Virus record (IMG/VR): IMGVR_UViG_3300047157_000105
Location: 32,001-96,000 of that record
DNA: 64,000 nucleotides
Reading direction: 5' to 3' (one strand)
Source of the DNA: a virus
The notes under the pieces were generated by a model. That model was given only the letters and a program-made list of their open reading frames with translations, was not told the DNA's origin and made no database searches. This document shows positions 20,847 to 29,073 of this stretch, one piece after another (position 1 is the stretch's first letter; every line of letters begins with the position of its first letter). The translations under genes and the position numbers were made by a program.

Positions 20847-20911
20847 AGGTTGTACATGACTGGTGAAACAGTGTATAATGGTACCATAATCAATTAAAAA
20901 AGGACTAAATT

Positions 20912-22054
20912 ATGAATAAAGTGATCGAACAATTAATGACAAAATTTCCAAAAAAGACTGAATTTACAGCTAAGATGATTAAAGAAGCTGCTATTGCTGT
21001 GGGTGAGAATCCTAGATCAGCTTATGTAAATATCAGATATACAAACAATGCACCTACGGTACGTCGCGGTGTATATAACTTAGAATCTATGATGCCAAAA
21101 TCTGCTCGTCCAGCTAAAGCTGTTCCTGAAATGGTTAAAGGTGTTGAGTCGGTTTCAAATGACGAAGTCTTTGTTCCTGACTTTGATCCTACTTTTGTTC
21201 CATGGGGTAACTTTGCTGAGATCGTGAAAGTGCTTAAGTCTGGTATGTTCTATCCGACTTTTGTATCTGGTCTATCCGGTAACGGTAAGACTTTCCAGAT
21301 CGAACAGGCATGTGCTAAACTTAATCGTGAATATGTACGTGTTCAGATTTCTCCTGAGACTGACGAAGATGATCTAATCGGTGGTTTTCGTTTAATCAAA
21401 GGTGAGACTGTGTTTCAAAAAGGTCCAGTGATCAAAGCTATGGAAGCTGGTGCTGTTCTTATGATTGACGAGATCGATCGTGGAACTAATAAAATCATGT
21501 GTTTACAAGGTGTGCTTGAAGGCAAGCCAGTTCTGATCAAAAAGACTGGTGAAGTTGTTGAGCCTGCCGATGGTTTCAACGTGATTGCCACTGCGAACAC
21601 TAAAGGTAAAGGTTCAGAAGATGGACGTTACTCTGGTGCGACTGTTATTGACGATGCATTCCTAGAGCGTTTCACTATTACTCTTGAACAGACTTTCCCT
21701 ACTATTGCTACTGAAGAGAAAATCGTTATGAAGCATATGTCAAAGTTTGAAGCTGTTGACGAAGAATTTGCTAAGCTACTTGTTGGTTGGGCAGATGCTA
21801 TTCGTAAGACTTTCTATGATGAAGGTATTGACGAAGTTATTTCAACTCGTCGTCTATGCCACATCGTTCAGACTTTCTCTATCTTCGGTAAGAGAGACAA
21901 AGCGATTGCTCTTTGTGTAAACCGTTTTGACGATGACACTAAAGAAGCTTTCATAGATCTTTACGAGAAAGTTGATGCTACTATCAATGATCCTGAGCCG
22001 GAAGTTGACATTGAAGCTGCTGACTCATTTAATGACTCATGGGATGATGAATAA
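20912..22054 (+). CDS. MoxR/CobS-like AAA+ ATPase
   Basis: GLSGNGKT, IDEIDR, ATANTKGKG, FLERF. Confidence 0.9.
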   Translation: MNKVIEQLMTKFPKKTEFTAKMIKEAAIAVGENPRSAYVNIRYTNNAPTVRRGVYNLESMMPKSARPAKAVPEMVKGVESVSNDEVFVPDFDPTFVPWGNFAEIVKVLKSGMFYPTFVSGLSGNGKTFQIEQACAKLNREYVRVQISPETDEDDLIGGFRLIKGETVFQKGPVIKAMEAGAVLMIDEIDRGTNKIMCLQGVLEGKPVLIKKTGEVVEPADGFNVIATANTKGKGSEDGRYSGATVIDDAFLERFTITLEQTFPTIATEEKIVMKHMSKFEAVDEEFAKLLVGWADAIRKTFYDEGIDEVISTRRLCHIVQTFSIFGKRDKAIALCVNRFDDDTKEAFIDLYEKVDATINDPEPEVDIEAADSFNDSWDDE

Positions 22055-22055
22055 T

Positions 22056-22090
22056 CTGGCACACCAACTCGCCGCATCTGGACCAGTAAA
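22056..22090 (+). repeat. 35-bp promoter-associated repeat, copy 2 (promoter 22095-22123)
   Basis: Identical to copy 1. Confidence 0.95.
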
Positions 22091-22154
22091 TAGTTGTACA
22101 GCTGGTCCAAAACGTGATATAATGTACACATAACGAATTAAAAAAGGACATATT

Positions 22155-24314
22155 ATGAATTTATCAGCTCAAGAATACCTAGCCAAACTACTTGCTAAAG
22201 AGAACTTGTCTGTTCAACACGGCAACTATTCTACAGCTAGTTTTGACGTTGTTAACAGAGTACTTCGTCTTCCTCTTTGGAAAGACAAAGGTAAAGACGT
22301 TTATGATCTTTTAGTTGGTCACGAAGTTGGCCATGCGCTTTATACTCCTGCTGATGGATGGCACGATTCTGAAAAGAAGATCGGTAAGATTCCACGTGCA
22401 TATCTTAACATCGTTGAGGATATCCGCATCGAACGTAAAATCATGGAGACATATCCTGGTATCGTTCGTCGTTTCAAGAATGGTTATAAAGTTCTTTTCG
22501 ATACTGATCTTTTTGGTACTAACGAGAGAGATATCAACAAGGCTGGACTTATGGACAGACTGAATGTTTCTTCTAAAGGTCGTGGTTATGTTCCTGTTGA
22601 ATTCTCTGATGAGGAATCTCCATTAGTCAAAGAAGCTATGGAAGTTAAAACATGGGATGACGTTGTCAATGTTTGTAAAAAATTATATGATTTCATCGAA
22701 GATCAAAAAGATCAAGAAGAAGATAAAGATGAAATGGAAATGGGTATGCCAAGTGCTGACGAGGGTGAATCTCCTGAGAACGAAGGTGAAACTCCTATCT
22801 CTGGTGATGAGGAAAGCGATGACTCTGGTGAAGGTAATGGTGACTCTGATGGTGAAGATGAATCTGACGAAGAGCCTATAAGTGCTGAAGTTGCAGATGA
22901 TGAAGCTCCTGAAGGTCATGAGACTTGGACTGAAGATACTCAAAGAGAACGCGAAGAAGATCTTCTTGAAAAATCTCCTGAGCGTAATTTCGAAAGAAGT
23001 GGTCAGCCTCAATACTCAAGCGGCATGAGCGATGAGAATATCGAAAAGATTCTTTACTCTTATGACTATGCTAAATCATTACGTGACGAGTATGTAGAAG
23101 ACTTAATGGGTGAAAGACTTCGCTATGGCGATGACCATAGTGCTTATACTCACGTAGCTTGTAGAGAAGATTTCAATGAGACTAAACTAGTTTACAAGCA
23201 GCAAGCAAATCTTATGGCGAAAGACTTCGAACGTAAGAAAGCTGCATTCGAATATTCACGTGCGAGGACTGCAAAGTCTGGTAAACTTGATCCTTTAAAG
23301 TTACACGCATACAAAACTTCAGAAGATATTTTCTTGACTACTACTCAGTTAGCTCAAGCAAAGTCACACGGTATCGTAATGTTCCTTGATCTTTCTGGTT
23401 CAATGTGTGAGATCATCGAAGATGTTACTGCTCAAGCAATTACTATTGCTATGTTCTGTCGTCAAGTCAATATTCCTTTCGAGGCATATAACTTTACTTC
23501 TACTTCATACTGGAGAGAACGTGGTAAGGGTATTCGTGAGATGGACCACAAAGCTGGTGAGTTGCATTCTGACGGAACTAAAGTTGTTGAGATGTTCTCT
23601 TCAAAGATGAATAAGAAAACTTTTGACGAAGCTGCTTATGTTTCATTTGCTATTGCCAAGGCACATAGCTACACTAACAAACACATTAGTTACCACATAT
23701 CTGGTCACTATCTTCATGCTCTTGATGCTATGGGTTCAACTCCTCTTATTCAGACTGCAATGCTTGCAGCTAAATTGACTAAGGCATTCACACGTAAACA
23801 TGCGATACAAAACACAAACATTATGTTCCTAACTGACGGTTATCCTGATGGAATCAATATTGAACATGATTCAGATGCTACTGTTATGACTTCACGTGAG
23901 GCAATGATTAAATTTGACGGTAAGTTGATACGTGGCCAGGGTGGTCGTAAGATCTATGAGGCTGTTCTTCACAGACTTAAAGAGATAACTGGTGCAACTA
24001 TTATGGGTTTCCACCTTGCGTATGATGCATCTACTTTCGGACAAGGTTATGTTAACGTTGATGACAACAGAGAATTTCCTAAGGTAATCAAAGAGTGGAG
24101 AAAAGTTGGTTTTGGTGCTTGGAAAAATGTTAAAGGTTACGATGACTATTTCATTATCAAGATCAATCGTTCAGCAAGGTTTGATGCTGATGTGTTTGAG
24201 CCTAAAAAAGCTGACACTATCAATGATATTAAACGTGAGTTCAAGAAGTTTGCGAAGACTAAGAAGGGTAACAAGCAATTAGTTTCACGTATTACTGATG
24301 CGGTTGCTGCTTAA
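22155..24314 (+). CDS. CobT-like protein: HExxH metallopeptidase-like N-terminus, acidic linker, VWA domain
   Basis: HEVGH; MIDAS DLSGS…T…LTDG; partner of the adjacent MoxR ATPase. Confidence 0.85.
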   Translation: MNLSAQEYLAKLLAKENLSVQHGNYSTASFDVVNRVLRLPLWKDKGKDVYDLLVGHEVGHALYTPADGWHDSEKKIGKIPRAYLNIVEDIRIERKIMETYPGIVRRFKNGYKVLFDTDLFGTNERDINKAGLMDRLNVSSKGRGYVPVEFSDEESPLVKEAMEVKTWDDVVNVCKKLYDFIEDQKDQEEDKDEMEMGMPSADEGESPENEGETPISGDEESDDSGEGNGDSDGEDESDEEPISAEVADDEAPEGHETWTEDTQREREEDLLEKSPERNFERSGQPQYSSGMSDENIEKILYSYDYAKSLRDEYVEDLMGERLRYGDDHSAYTHVACREDFNETKLVYKQQANLMAKDFERKKAAFEYSRARTAKSGKLDPLKLHAYKTSEDIFLTTTQLAQAKSHGIVMFLDLSGSMCEIIEDVTAQAITIAMFCRQVNIPFEAYNFTSTSYWRERGKGIREMDHKAGELHSDGTKVVEMFSSKMNKKTFDEAAYVSFAIAKAHSYTNKHISYHISGHYLHALDAMGSTPLIQTAMLAAKLTKAFTRKHAIQNTNIMFLTDGYPDGINIEHDSDATVMTSREAMIKFDGKLIRGQGGRKIYEAVLHRLKEITGATIMGFHLAYDASTFGQGYVNVDDNREFPKVIKEWRKVGFGAWKNVKGYDDYFIIKINRSARFDADVFEPKKADTINDIKREFKKFAKTKKGNKQLVSRITDAVAA

Positions 24315-24333
24315 TTTATTTAGGGTGAGGGTA

Positions 24334-24361
24334 TGTACTTTCACCCTTTACGTGTTATAAT
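24334..24361 (+). promoter_or_regulatory. early/middle promoter
   Basis: TGTACT-N16-TATAAT. Confidence 0.8.
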
Positions 24362-24387
24362 ATTACTATATTTGAAAAAGGACCTGT

Positions 24388-24663
24388 ATGAAATTTAATG
24401 AATTAGAAAACATCAATCAGTTGACAACATATGTTGAGAGCACATACTCTAAACATTATGCTGCTCCGAATGGTGTACAAAGTATGGATCTGATCTCAGC
24501 TTCTGGCTTAGGTTTAGATTTTTGTCTTGGCAATGTATTAAAGTATGCGTCAAGATATGGTAAAAAGAATGGAGCAAATCGTGAAGATCTTATGAAGATC
24601 ATGCACTATACTCTATTGGCAATTAATGAACATGACTTAAAGGAGTCGAATAATGAAACTTAG
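24388..24663 (+). CDS. DUF3310-like protein
   Basis: HY…FCLGNVLKYASRYGKK…EDLMKIMHY. Confidence 0.8.
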   Translation: MKFNELENINQLTTYVESTYSKHYAAPNGVQSMDLISASGLGLDFCLGNVLKYASRYGKKNGANREDLMKIMHYTLLAINEHDLKESNNET

Positions 24664-25345
24664 TAATGAAATAAAAGATGTATTGAGCAATTTTCAAACG
24701 ATTAATAGTAATATTGCTCTAGGTGAAGACAATGGAGTTATTCGAACCATGTCCACTTCTAAAACCCTTATGGCAAAAGCAAACATAAAGTTTGATTCTC
24801 CATATCCATTTGGCATATATGACTTAGGTGAATTCTTAAGTTGTCTTAATATGTTTGATGATCCTACATTGTCTTTTGACGATGACAAGAAGTTTGTTAA
24901 AATTACTGATGGTATCACATCATTCCAGTATTACTTTTCGGATATCGACATCCTAACAGTCCCTACAAACGATATTAATCTACCATGTGAAGATCTACAA
25001 TTTACTCTTACTGATGAAGAGTTAAACAAGTTGCGTAAAGCTTCTTCTACTCTTAAGACAAGTAATTTGAGTGTGCGTAAGACTAATATGGGTGGACAGT
25101 TTATTGAGTGTGTTATCCTTGATAAACAGAATCCAACATCTAACCAATTCACAATGAATATTGCAAATTGCAGTATAAATACAGATGCAGAGTTTGATTT
25201 TGTGTTTGATATAAACAATTTCAAATTTAAACCTGCCGCTGAATATGTCTTCGGAATAGACAAAAAGCAGGTAGCATTGATAAAGGCCGGCGACACAGAT
25301 TACTGGGTTGCTCTAGATAAAACTACAACATTTAAGGAACAATAA
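24653..25345 (+). CDS. gp45: sliding clamp
   Basis: MKLS…NFQTINSNI; FGIYDLGEFLS; YWVAL. Confidence 0.93.
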   Translation: MKLSNEIKDVLSNFQTINSNIALGEDNGVIRTMSTSKTLMAKANIKFDSPYPFGIYDLGEFLSCLNMFDDPTLSFDDDKKFVKITDGITSFQYYFSDIDILTVPTNDINLPCEDLQFTLTDEELNKLRKASSTLKTSNLSVRKTNMGGQFIECVILDKQNPTSNQFTMNIANCSINTDAEFDFVFDINNFKFKPAAEYVFGIDKKQVALIKAGDTDYWVALDKTTTFKEQ

Positions 25346-25623
25346 TGGCAGAAGATAAAGCAATGGGACAAAAAGAGTTTGACGAAGTAGCAGCACAAGT
25401 TGATGCTCCAGCTCCGGAAGGTCCAACAGATGATCAGCTTAACCTAAGTGACATTCGTGCGTGTGTATCAATTATTGATATAGTAACAAAACGTGGTGCA
25501 TTTGAAGGCAGTGAATTAGCTGACGTTGGTGCAGTTCGTAACAGAATCGATTCATTCTTGACAAAAGCTGCAGAGGCACAAGAAGCTGCAAACCCAACTG
25601 AAGCTCCAGCACCAGCTGAGTAA
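25345..25623 (+). CDS. hypothetical protein
   Basis: IIDIVTKRGAFEGSEL motif, a viral small-protein pattern. Confidence 0.65.
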   Translation: MAEDKAMGQKEFDEVAAQVDAPAPEGPTDDQLNLSDIRACVSIIDIVTKRGAFEGSELADVGAVRNRIDSFLTKAAEAQEAANPTEAPAPAE

Positions 25624-25626
25624 GTA

Positions 25627-25654
25627 TGTACTTTTAACAAAAGCATGGTATAAT
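25627..25654 (+). promoter_or_regulatory. early/middle promoter followed by leaderless mini-ORF MLIIL* (25661-25678)
   Basis: TGTACT-N16-TATAAT; ATG 6 nt downstream. Confidence 0.75.
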
Positions 25655-25685
25655 AATATCATGCTTATTATATTATGAGGTGTAT

Positions 25686-26615
25686 GTGAAAGAATTTTTA
25701 TTCGTAGAAAAGTATAGACCAAAAACCATTGAGGATTGTATTCTCCCTAAAGACTTAAAGGAAACATTTCAAAAGATAGTCGATAAGGGAGAACTTCCCA
25801 ATATGATGTTTACTGGTTCAGCTGGTGTAGGTAAGACTACGGTAGCCAAAGCATTATGTCATGAGTTAGATCTTGACTATATGTTAATCAATGGATCAGA
25901 AGATGGTAACATTGATACCCTTCGTGGTAAGATCAAACAGTTTGCAAGTACTGTATCATTACAAGGTGGATTCAAAGTAGTTATCCTCGACGAGGCTGAT
26001 TATCTTAATCCTCAATCTACACAACCTGCTCTTCGTGGTTTCATTGAAGAGTTTAGTGATAACTGTAGGTTTATCCTTACTTGCAATTTTAAGAATCGTA
26101 TTATTGATCCTCTCCATTCGAGATGTTCTATATATGAATTCAACATAGGAAACAAAGCTTTGATGGCAGAGCAGTTTATGAAACGCCTTCAATTCATTCT
26201 TGATTCCGAACATATCATATATGACAATGCAGTGATTGCAGAACTCATTATGAAATACATACCTGACTGGAGACGTGTCATCAATGAATGTCAAAGATAT
26301 GGTATGAGTGGTCACATTGATACCGGCATTCTTGTTACTCTATCTGAGTCAAGTGTCGCTGGTCTTATGGAAGATCTTAAGACTAAGAACTTTAAAAAGA
26401 TGCGTAAATGGGTAACAGATAATATTGACGTAGAATCATCAAAGTTATTTAGATTAATTTATGATAACATGTCAACTTATGTAGAGCCTTCAAGTATTCC
26501 ACAATTGGTGCTTATACTTGCTGACTATTCATATAAAGATAGTTTTGTTGCAGATCATGAATTGAATGTAGTGGCATGTATGACTGAGATTATGTCACAA
26601 ATTAATTTTAAATAG
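25686..26615 (+). CDS. gp44: clamp loader large subunit (GTG start 25686 likely)
   Basis: FVEKYRPK, GSAGVGKT, ILDEAD, SRC. Confidence 0.96.
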   Translation: MKEFLFVEKYRPKTIEDCILPKDLKETFQKIVDKGELPNMMFTGSAGVGKTTVAKALCHELDLDYMLINGSEDGNIDTLRGKIKQFASTVSLQGGFKVVILDEADYLNPQSTQPALRGFIEEFSDNCRFILTCNFKNRIIDPLHSRCSIYEFNIGNKALMAEQFMKRLQFILDSEHIIYDNAVIAELIMKYIPDWRRVINECQRYGMSGHIDTGILVTLSESSVAGLMEDLKTKNFKKMRKWVTDNIDVESSKLFRLIYDNMSTYVEPSSIPQLVLILADYSYKDSFVADHELNVVACMTEIMSQINFK

Positions 26616-26622
26616 GAGACTT

Positions 26623-26769
26623 ATGGTACAGGAATTGGCAATGTACGGACAGATAATTACAACAGTGGGTATAGTTATGATACTGTGGCAGCTAGAAAAG
26701 GCTGGCAGATTATTACAACTAATGAGTAAATTCTTAGCGGAGGCAGTAGAAGAGCATGACAAAAATTAA
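26623..26769 (+). CDS. small membrane protein, 48 aa (not in ORF track)
   Basis: SD AGGAG; MVQELAMYGQIITTVGIVMILWQ… single hydrophobic segment. Confidence 0.6.
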   Translation: MVQELAMYGQIITTVGIVMILWQLEKAGRLLQLMSKFLAEAVEEHDKN

Positions 26770-27049
26770 TATTAGTGGTAATAATCTATATGAAGATCTT
26801 AAAGATTTCTTAAGTGATGAAATCATTGAAGTAGCTTTTACCAAAAAGAATGGTGAAGACCGTGTAATGAAATGCACACTTATGCCTAAAGAGATCCCTG
26901 CTGAAATGGCACCAAAGAATATTGGTAATCCACCAGATGAAGAGAACAGAGACTATCTAAATGTCTTTGATGTTGAAGCTCAAGGCTGGAGATCATTTAT
27001 TTTATCTAGTGTTAAATATGTAAAGACAAATCTCAATGAATCCGTTTGA
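26756..27049 (+). CDS. WYL_2/Sm-like SH3-fold protein
   Basis: FTKKNGEDRVMKCTL…VFDVEAQGWRSF. Confidence 0.8.
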   Translation: MTKINISGNNLYEDLKDFLSDEIIEVAFTKKNGEDRVMKCTLMPKEIPAEMAPKNIGNPPDEENRDYLNVFDVEAQGWRSFILSSVKYVKTNLNESV

Positions 27050-27407
27050 ATTAATTAAATCTATATCTAGTACAAAGAAGGATATACTTGAGAATGAGAA
27101 AGACTACAATGCCTTTATGGTGAATCGTGGTCTTTCATATTTCCCTGATACTGTTATATACGCTAACGAAATGAATAGGTTTCACCACCTGGATAGCCGT
27201 CTACAGTATCAATTTCTTATAAATACTATTAGAAAACGTAATCGTTTTTCTAAGTGGAACAAGTCGATTGAATCTGATAATATCAGTGCTATAAAGCAAT
27301 ATTATGGTTATAGTAATGAAAAAGCTCGTGATGTACTTCCGCTTTTAAGTAATGAAAATCTTAAATATATAAGAGGAAGAATACAGCATGGCGGAATTCA
27401 ACGATGA
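27036..27407 (+). CDS. gp62: clamp loader small subunit
   Basis: YNAFMVNRGLS; RKRNRFSKW; YYGYSNEKA. Confidence 0.94.
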   Translation: MNPFELIKSISSTKKDILENEKDYNAFMVNRGLSYFPDTVIYANEMNRFHHLDSRLQYQFLINTIRKRNRFSKWNKSIESDNISAIKQYYGYSNEKARDVLPLLSNENLKYIRGRIQHGGIQR

Positions 27408-27798
27408 ACTGGTAAATTGGAAACCAGAGATGATGTTAGAGGTAATACTGGCAGAGCCAGATGATTTTCTAAAGATACGTGAAACTCTCACGAGAATAGG
27501 AGTAGCTTCTAAAAAAGATAATAAATTATATCAATCATGCCATATACTACACAAACAAGGTAGATATTTTATAACTCATTTTAAAGAGTTATTCTTATTA
27601 GATGGTAAGCCTTCTAATCTCACAGAGAATGATCTTAAACGTAGGAACACAATTGTCAAGCTAATGGATGATTGGGGATTACTTACTACAGTTGCTCCAA
27701 TTGGAGAGACAGCATCATTAAACCAAATTAAAATTATATCTCATAAAGATAAAAACGATTGGGAATTATGTCCCAAATATAATATAGGTATTAAGTAA
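27388..27798 (+). CDS. regA: translational repressor RegA
   Basis: DDFLKIRETLTRIG; LYQSCHILHKQGRY. Confidence 0.98.
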   Translation: MAEFNDELVNWKPEMMLEVILAEPDDFLKIRETLTRIGVASKKDNKLYQSCHILHKQGRYFITHFKELFLLDGKPSNLTENDLKRRNTIVKLMDDWGLLTTVAPIGETASLNQIKIISHKDKNDWELCPKYNIGIK

Positions 27799-27848
27799 AA
27801 CCTGTATAAATAAAACTGAATATGCCTAACGGGTATTCATTTTTTTAA

Positions 27849-27868
27849 CCTTGCTATAAAATAGGAGG
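27849..27868 (+). promoter_or_regulatory. ROSE-like RNA thermometer hairpin occluding the hsp20 SD; late promoter at 27805-27812
   Basis: CCTTGCTAT-AAA-ATAGGAGG: UUGCU pairs with AGGA leaving a bulged G. Confidence 0.65.
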
Positions 27869-27873
27869 ACAAT

Positions 27874-28329
27874 ATGTCAAACTTAGCATTTAACTTCCCG
27901 AGAGATACATTCTTGGGTTTTGATCAACTCTTCAACACATTACAAAATACTAATCTAGAAACCGTTCGCGGTGCTGGATATCCCCCGTATAATGTAATCA
28001 AAAGAGATGACGGTCATTTTCTAATTGAGATCGCTGTTGCGGGATTTAAAAAGGAAGACATTGACCTAACACTTGAGAAAGGTGTTTTAACTATCGCTGG
28101 TAAGAAAGCTACTGGTACAGATGTACGAGAGTATGCTCACCGCGGTATTTCTCAAAGGGCGTTTGAACGTTCATTTACTTTAGCCGACACACTTAAAGTT
28201 GTTGGTGCCGATATTGTAGATGGCATGCTTGTTGTTATTTTGGAGAACAATATTCCAGAAGAAGATAAGCCTCAAACAATCAATTTAGGTGACCTGCCGA
28301 AATCAGCGAAGAAGCTGTTACTAGGCTAA
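27874..28329 (+). CDS. hsp20: small heat shock protein (IbpA-like)
   Basis: YPPYN, IAVAGF, HRGISQRAFERSFTL. Confidence 0.95.
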   Translation: MSNLAFNFPRDTFLGFDQLFNTLQNTNLETVRGAGYPPYNVIKRDDGHFLIEIAVAGFKKEDIDLTLEKGVLTIAGKKATGTDVREYAHRGISQRAFERSFTLADTLKVVGADIVDGMLVVILENNIPEEDKPQTINLGDLPKSAKKLLLG

Positions 28330-28343
28330 ATACTAAGGAGCAC

Positions 28344-28733
28344 ATGGCATATTCAGACAAAGTTTTAGATCATTACGAAAACCCACGCAATGTGGGAACG
28401 ATGGATCAACATGATCCTAATGTAGGTACTGGTATGGTAGGTGCTCCTGCTTGTGGCGATGTTATGAGACTACAAATAAAAGTAGAAGATAACATGGTTA
28501 CAGATGCAAAATTTAAAACATATGGGTGTGGATCAGCAATTGCTTCAAGCTCATTATTAACCGAGTGGGTAAAAGGTAGAACGGTAGAAGAAGTTCAAGC
28601 AATTAAAAATACTGAAATTGTTGAAGAGCTTCAGCTTCCACCAGTCAAGATACACTGTAGCGTATTAGCAGAAGATGCAATCAAGTGCGCAATCAAAGAT
28701 TATATGAATAAACAACCAAGGAATCACAGATGA
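28344..28733 (+). CDS. iscU: Fe-S cluster scaffold IscU
   Basis: YSDKVLDHYENPRNVG, GAPACGD, GCGSAIASSS, LPPVKIHCS. Confidence 0.97.
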   Translation: MAYSDKVLDHYENPRNVGTMDQHDPNVGTGMVGAPACGDVMRLQIKVEDNMVTDAKFKTYGCGSAIASSSLLTEWVKGRTVEEVQAIKNTEIVEELQLPPVKIHCSVLAEDAIKCAIKDYMNKQPRNHR

Positions 28734-29011
28734 ATGAAATTAGATTAGTTCGACTCACGTCGGGTGAAGAGTTATTATGTAAAAAGACAAACGAATCAGG
28801 TTTAACAATAACAGTAACAGATGTTGTTGCTTTAATTCCTACAGAGGAAAGATTAGGATTTATGCCTTATTTACCATACGCTGAAATAGAACAGCTAGTA
28901 ATCAAAAAAGATCACATCATGTTTGATCTTAAACCAACACAAGAGTTAGAAGCTCAGCATGTTTTAATGCACCAAGACACTAACATAGTTACTCCGGAGA
29001 AACCAGATTGA
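28730..29011 (+). CDS. conserved T4-like hypothetical upstream of gp43 (Sm-like)
   Basis: IRLVRLTSGEELL; synteny. Confidence 0.7.
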   Translation: MNEIRLVRLTSGEELLCKKTNESGLTITVTDVVALIPTEERLGFMPYLPYAEIEQLVIKKDHIMFDLKPTQELEAQHVLMHQDTNIVTPEKPD

Positions 29012-29038
29012 ACATTATAATAATTGTATAAGCAAGTA

Positions 29039-29067
29039 TGTACATTTAGTTTGATTCGTGTTATAAT
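29039..29067 (+). promoter_or_regulatory. early/middle promoter giving a leaderless gp43 mRNA
   Basis: TGTACA-N17-TATAAT; ATG 6 nt downstream. Confidence 0.8.
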
Positions 29068-29073
29068 ACACCC

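Noticed and set aside
20812-22090. CRISPR array from the 35-bp repeat, with the Cas4-like gene at 56252
   Set aside because: Copies are separated by 1.2 kb and 35 kb, not by spacers. The exonuclease is a common stand-alone T4-like gene, and no cas operon is present.
20912-24314. Cobalamin biosynthesis genes cobS/cobT
   Set aside because: No cobN or other cob genes are present; a generic MoxR-VWA pair explains the motifs.
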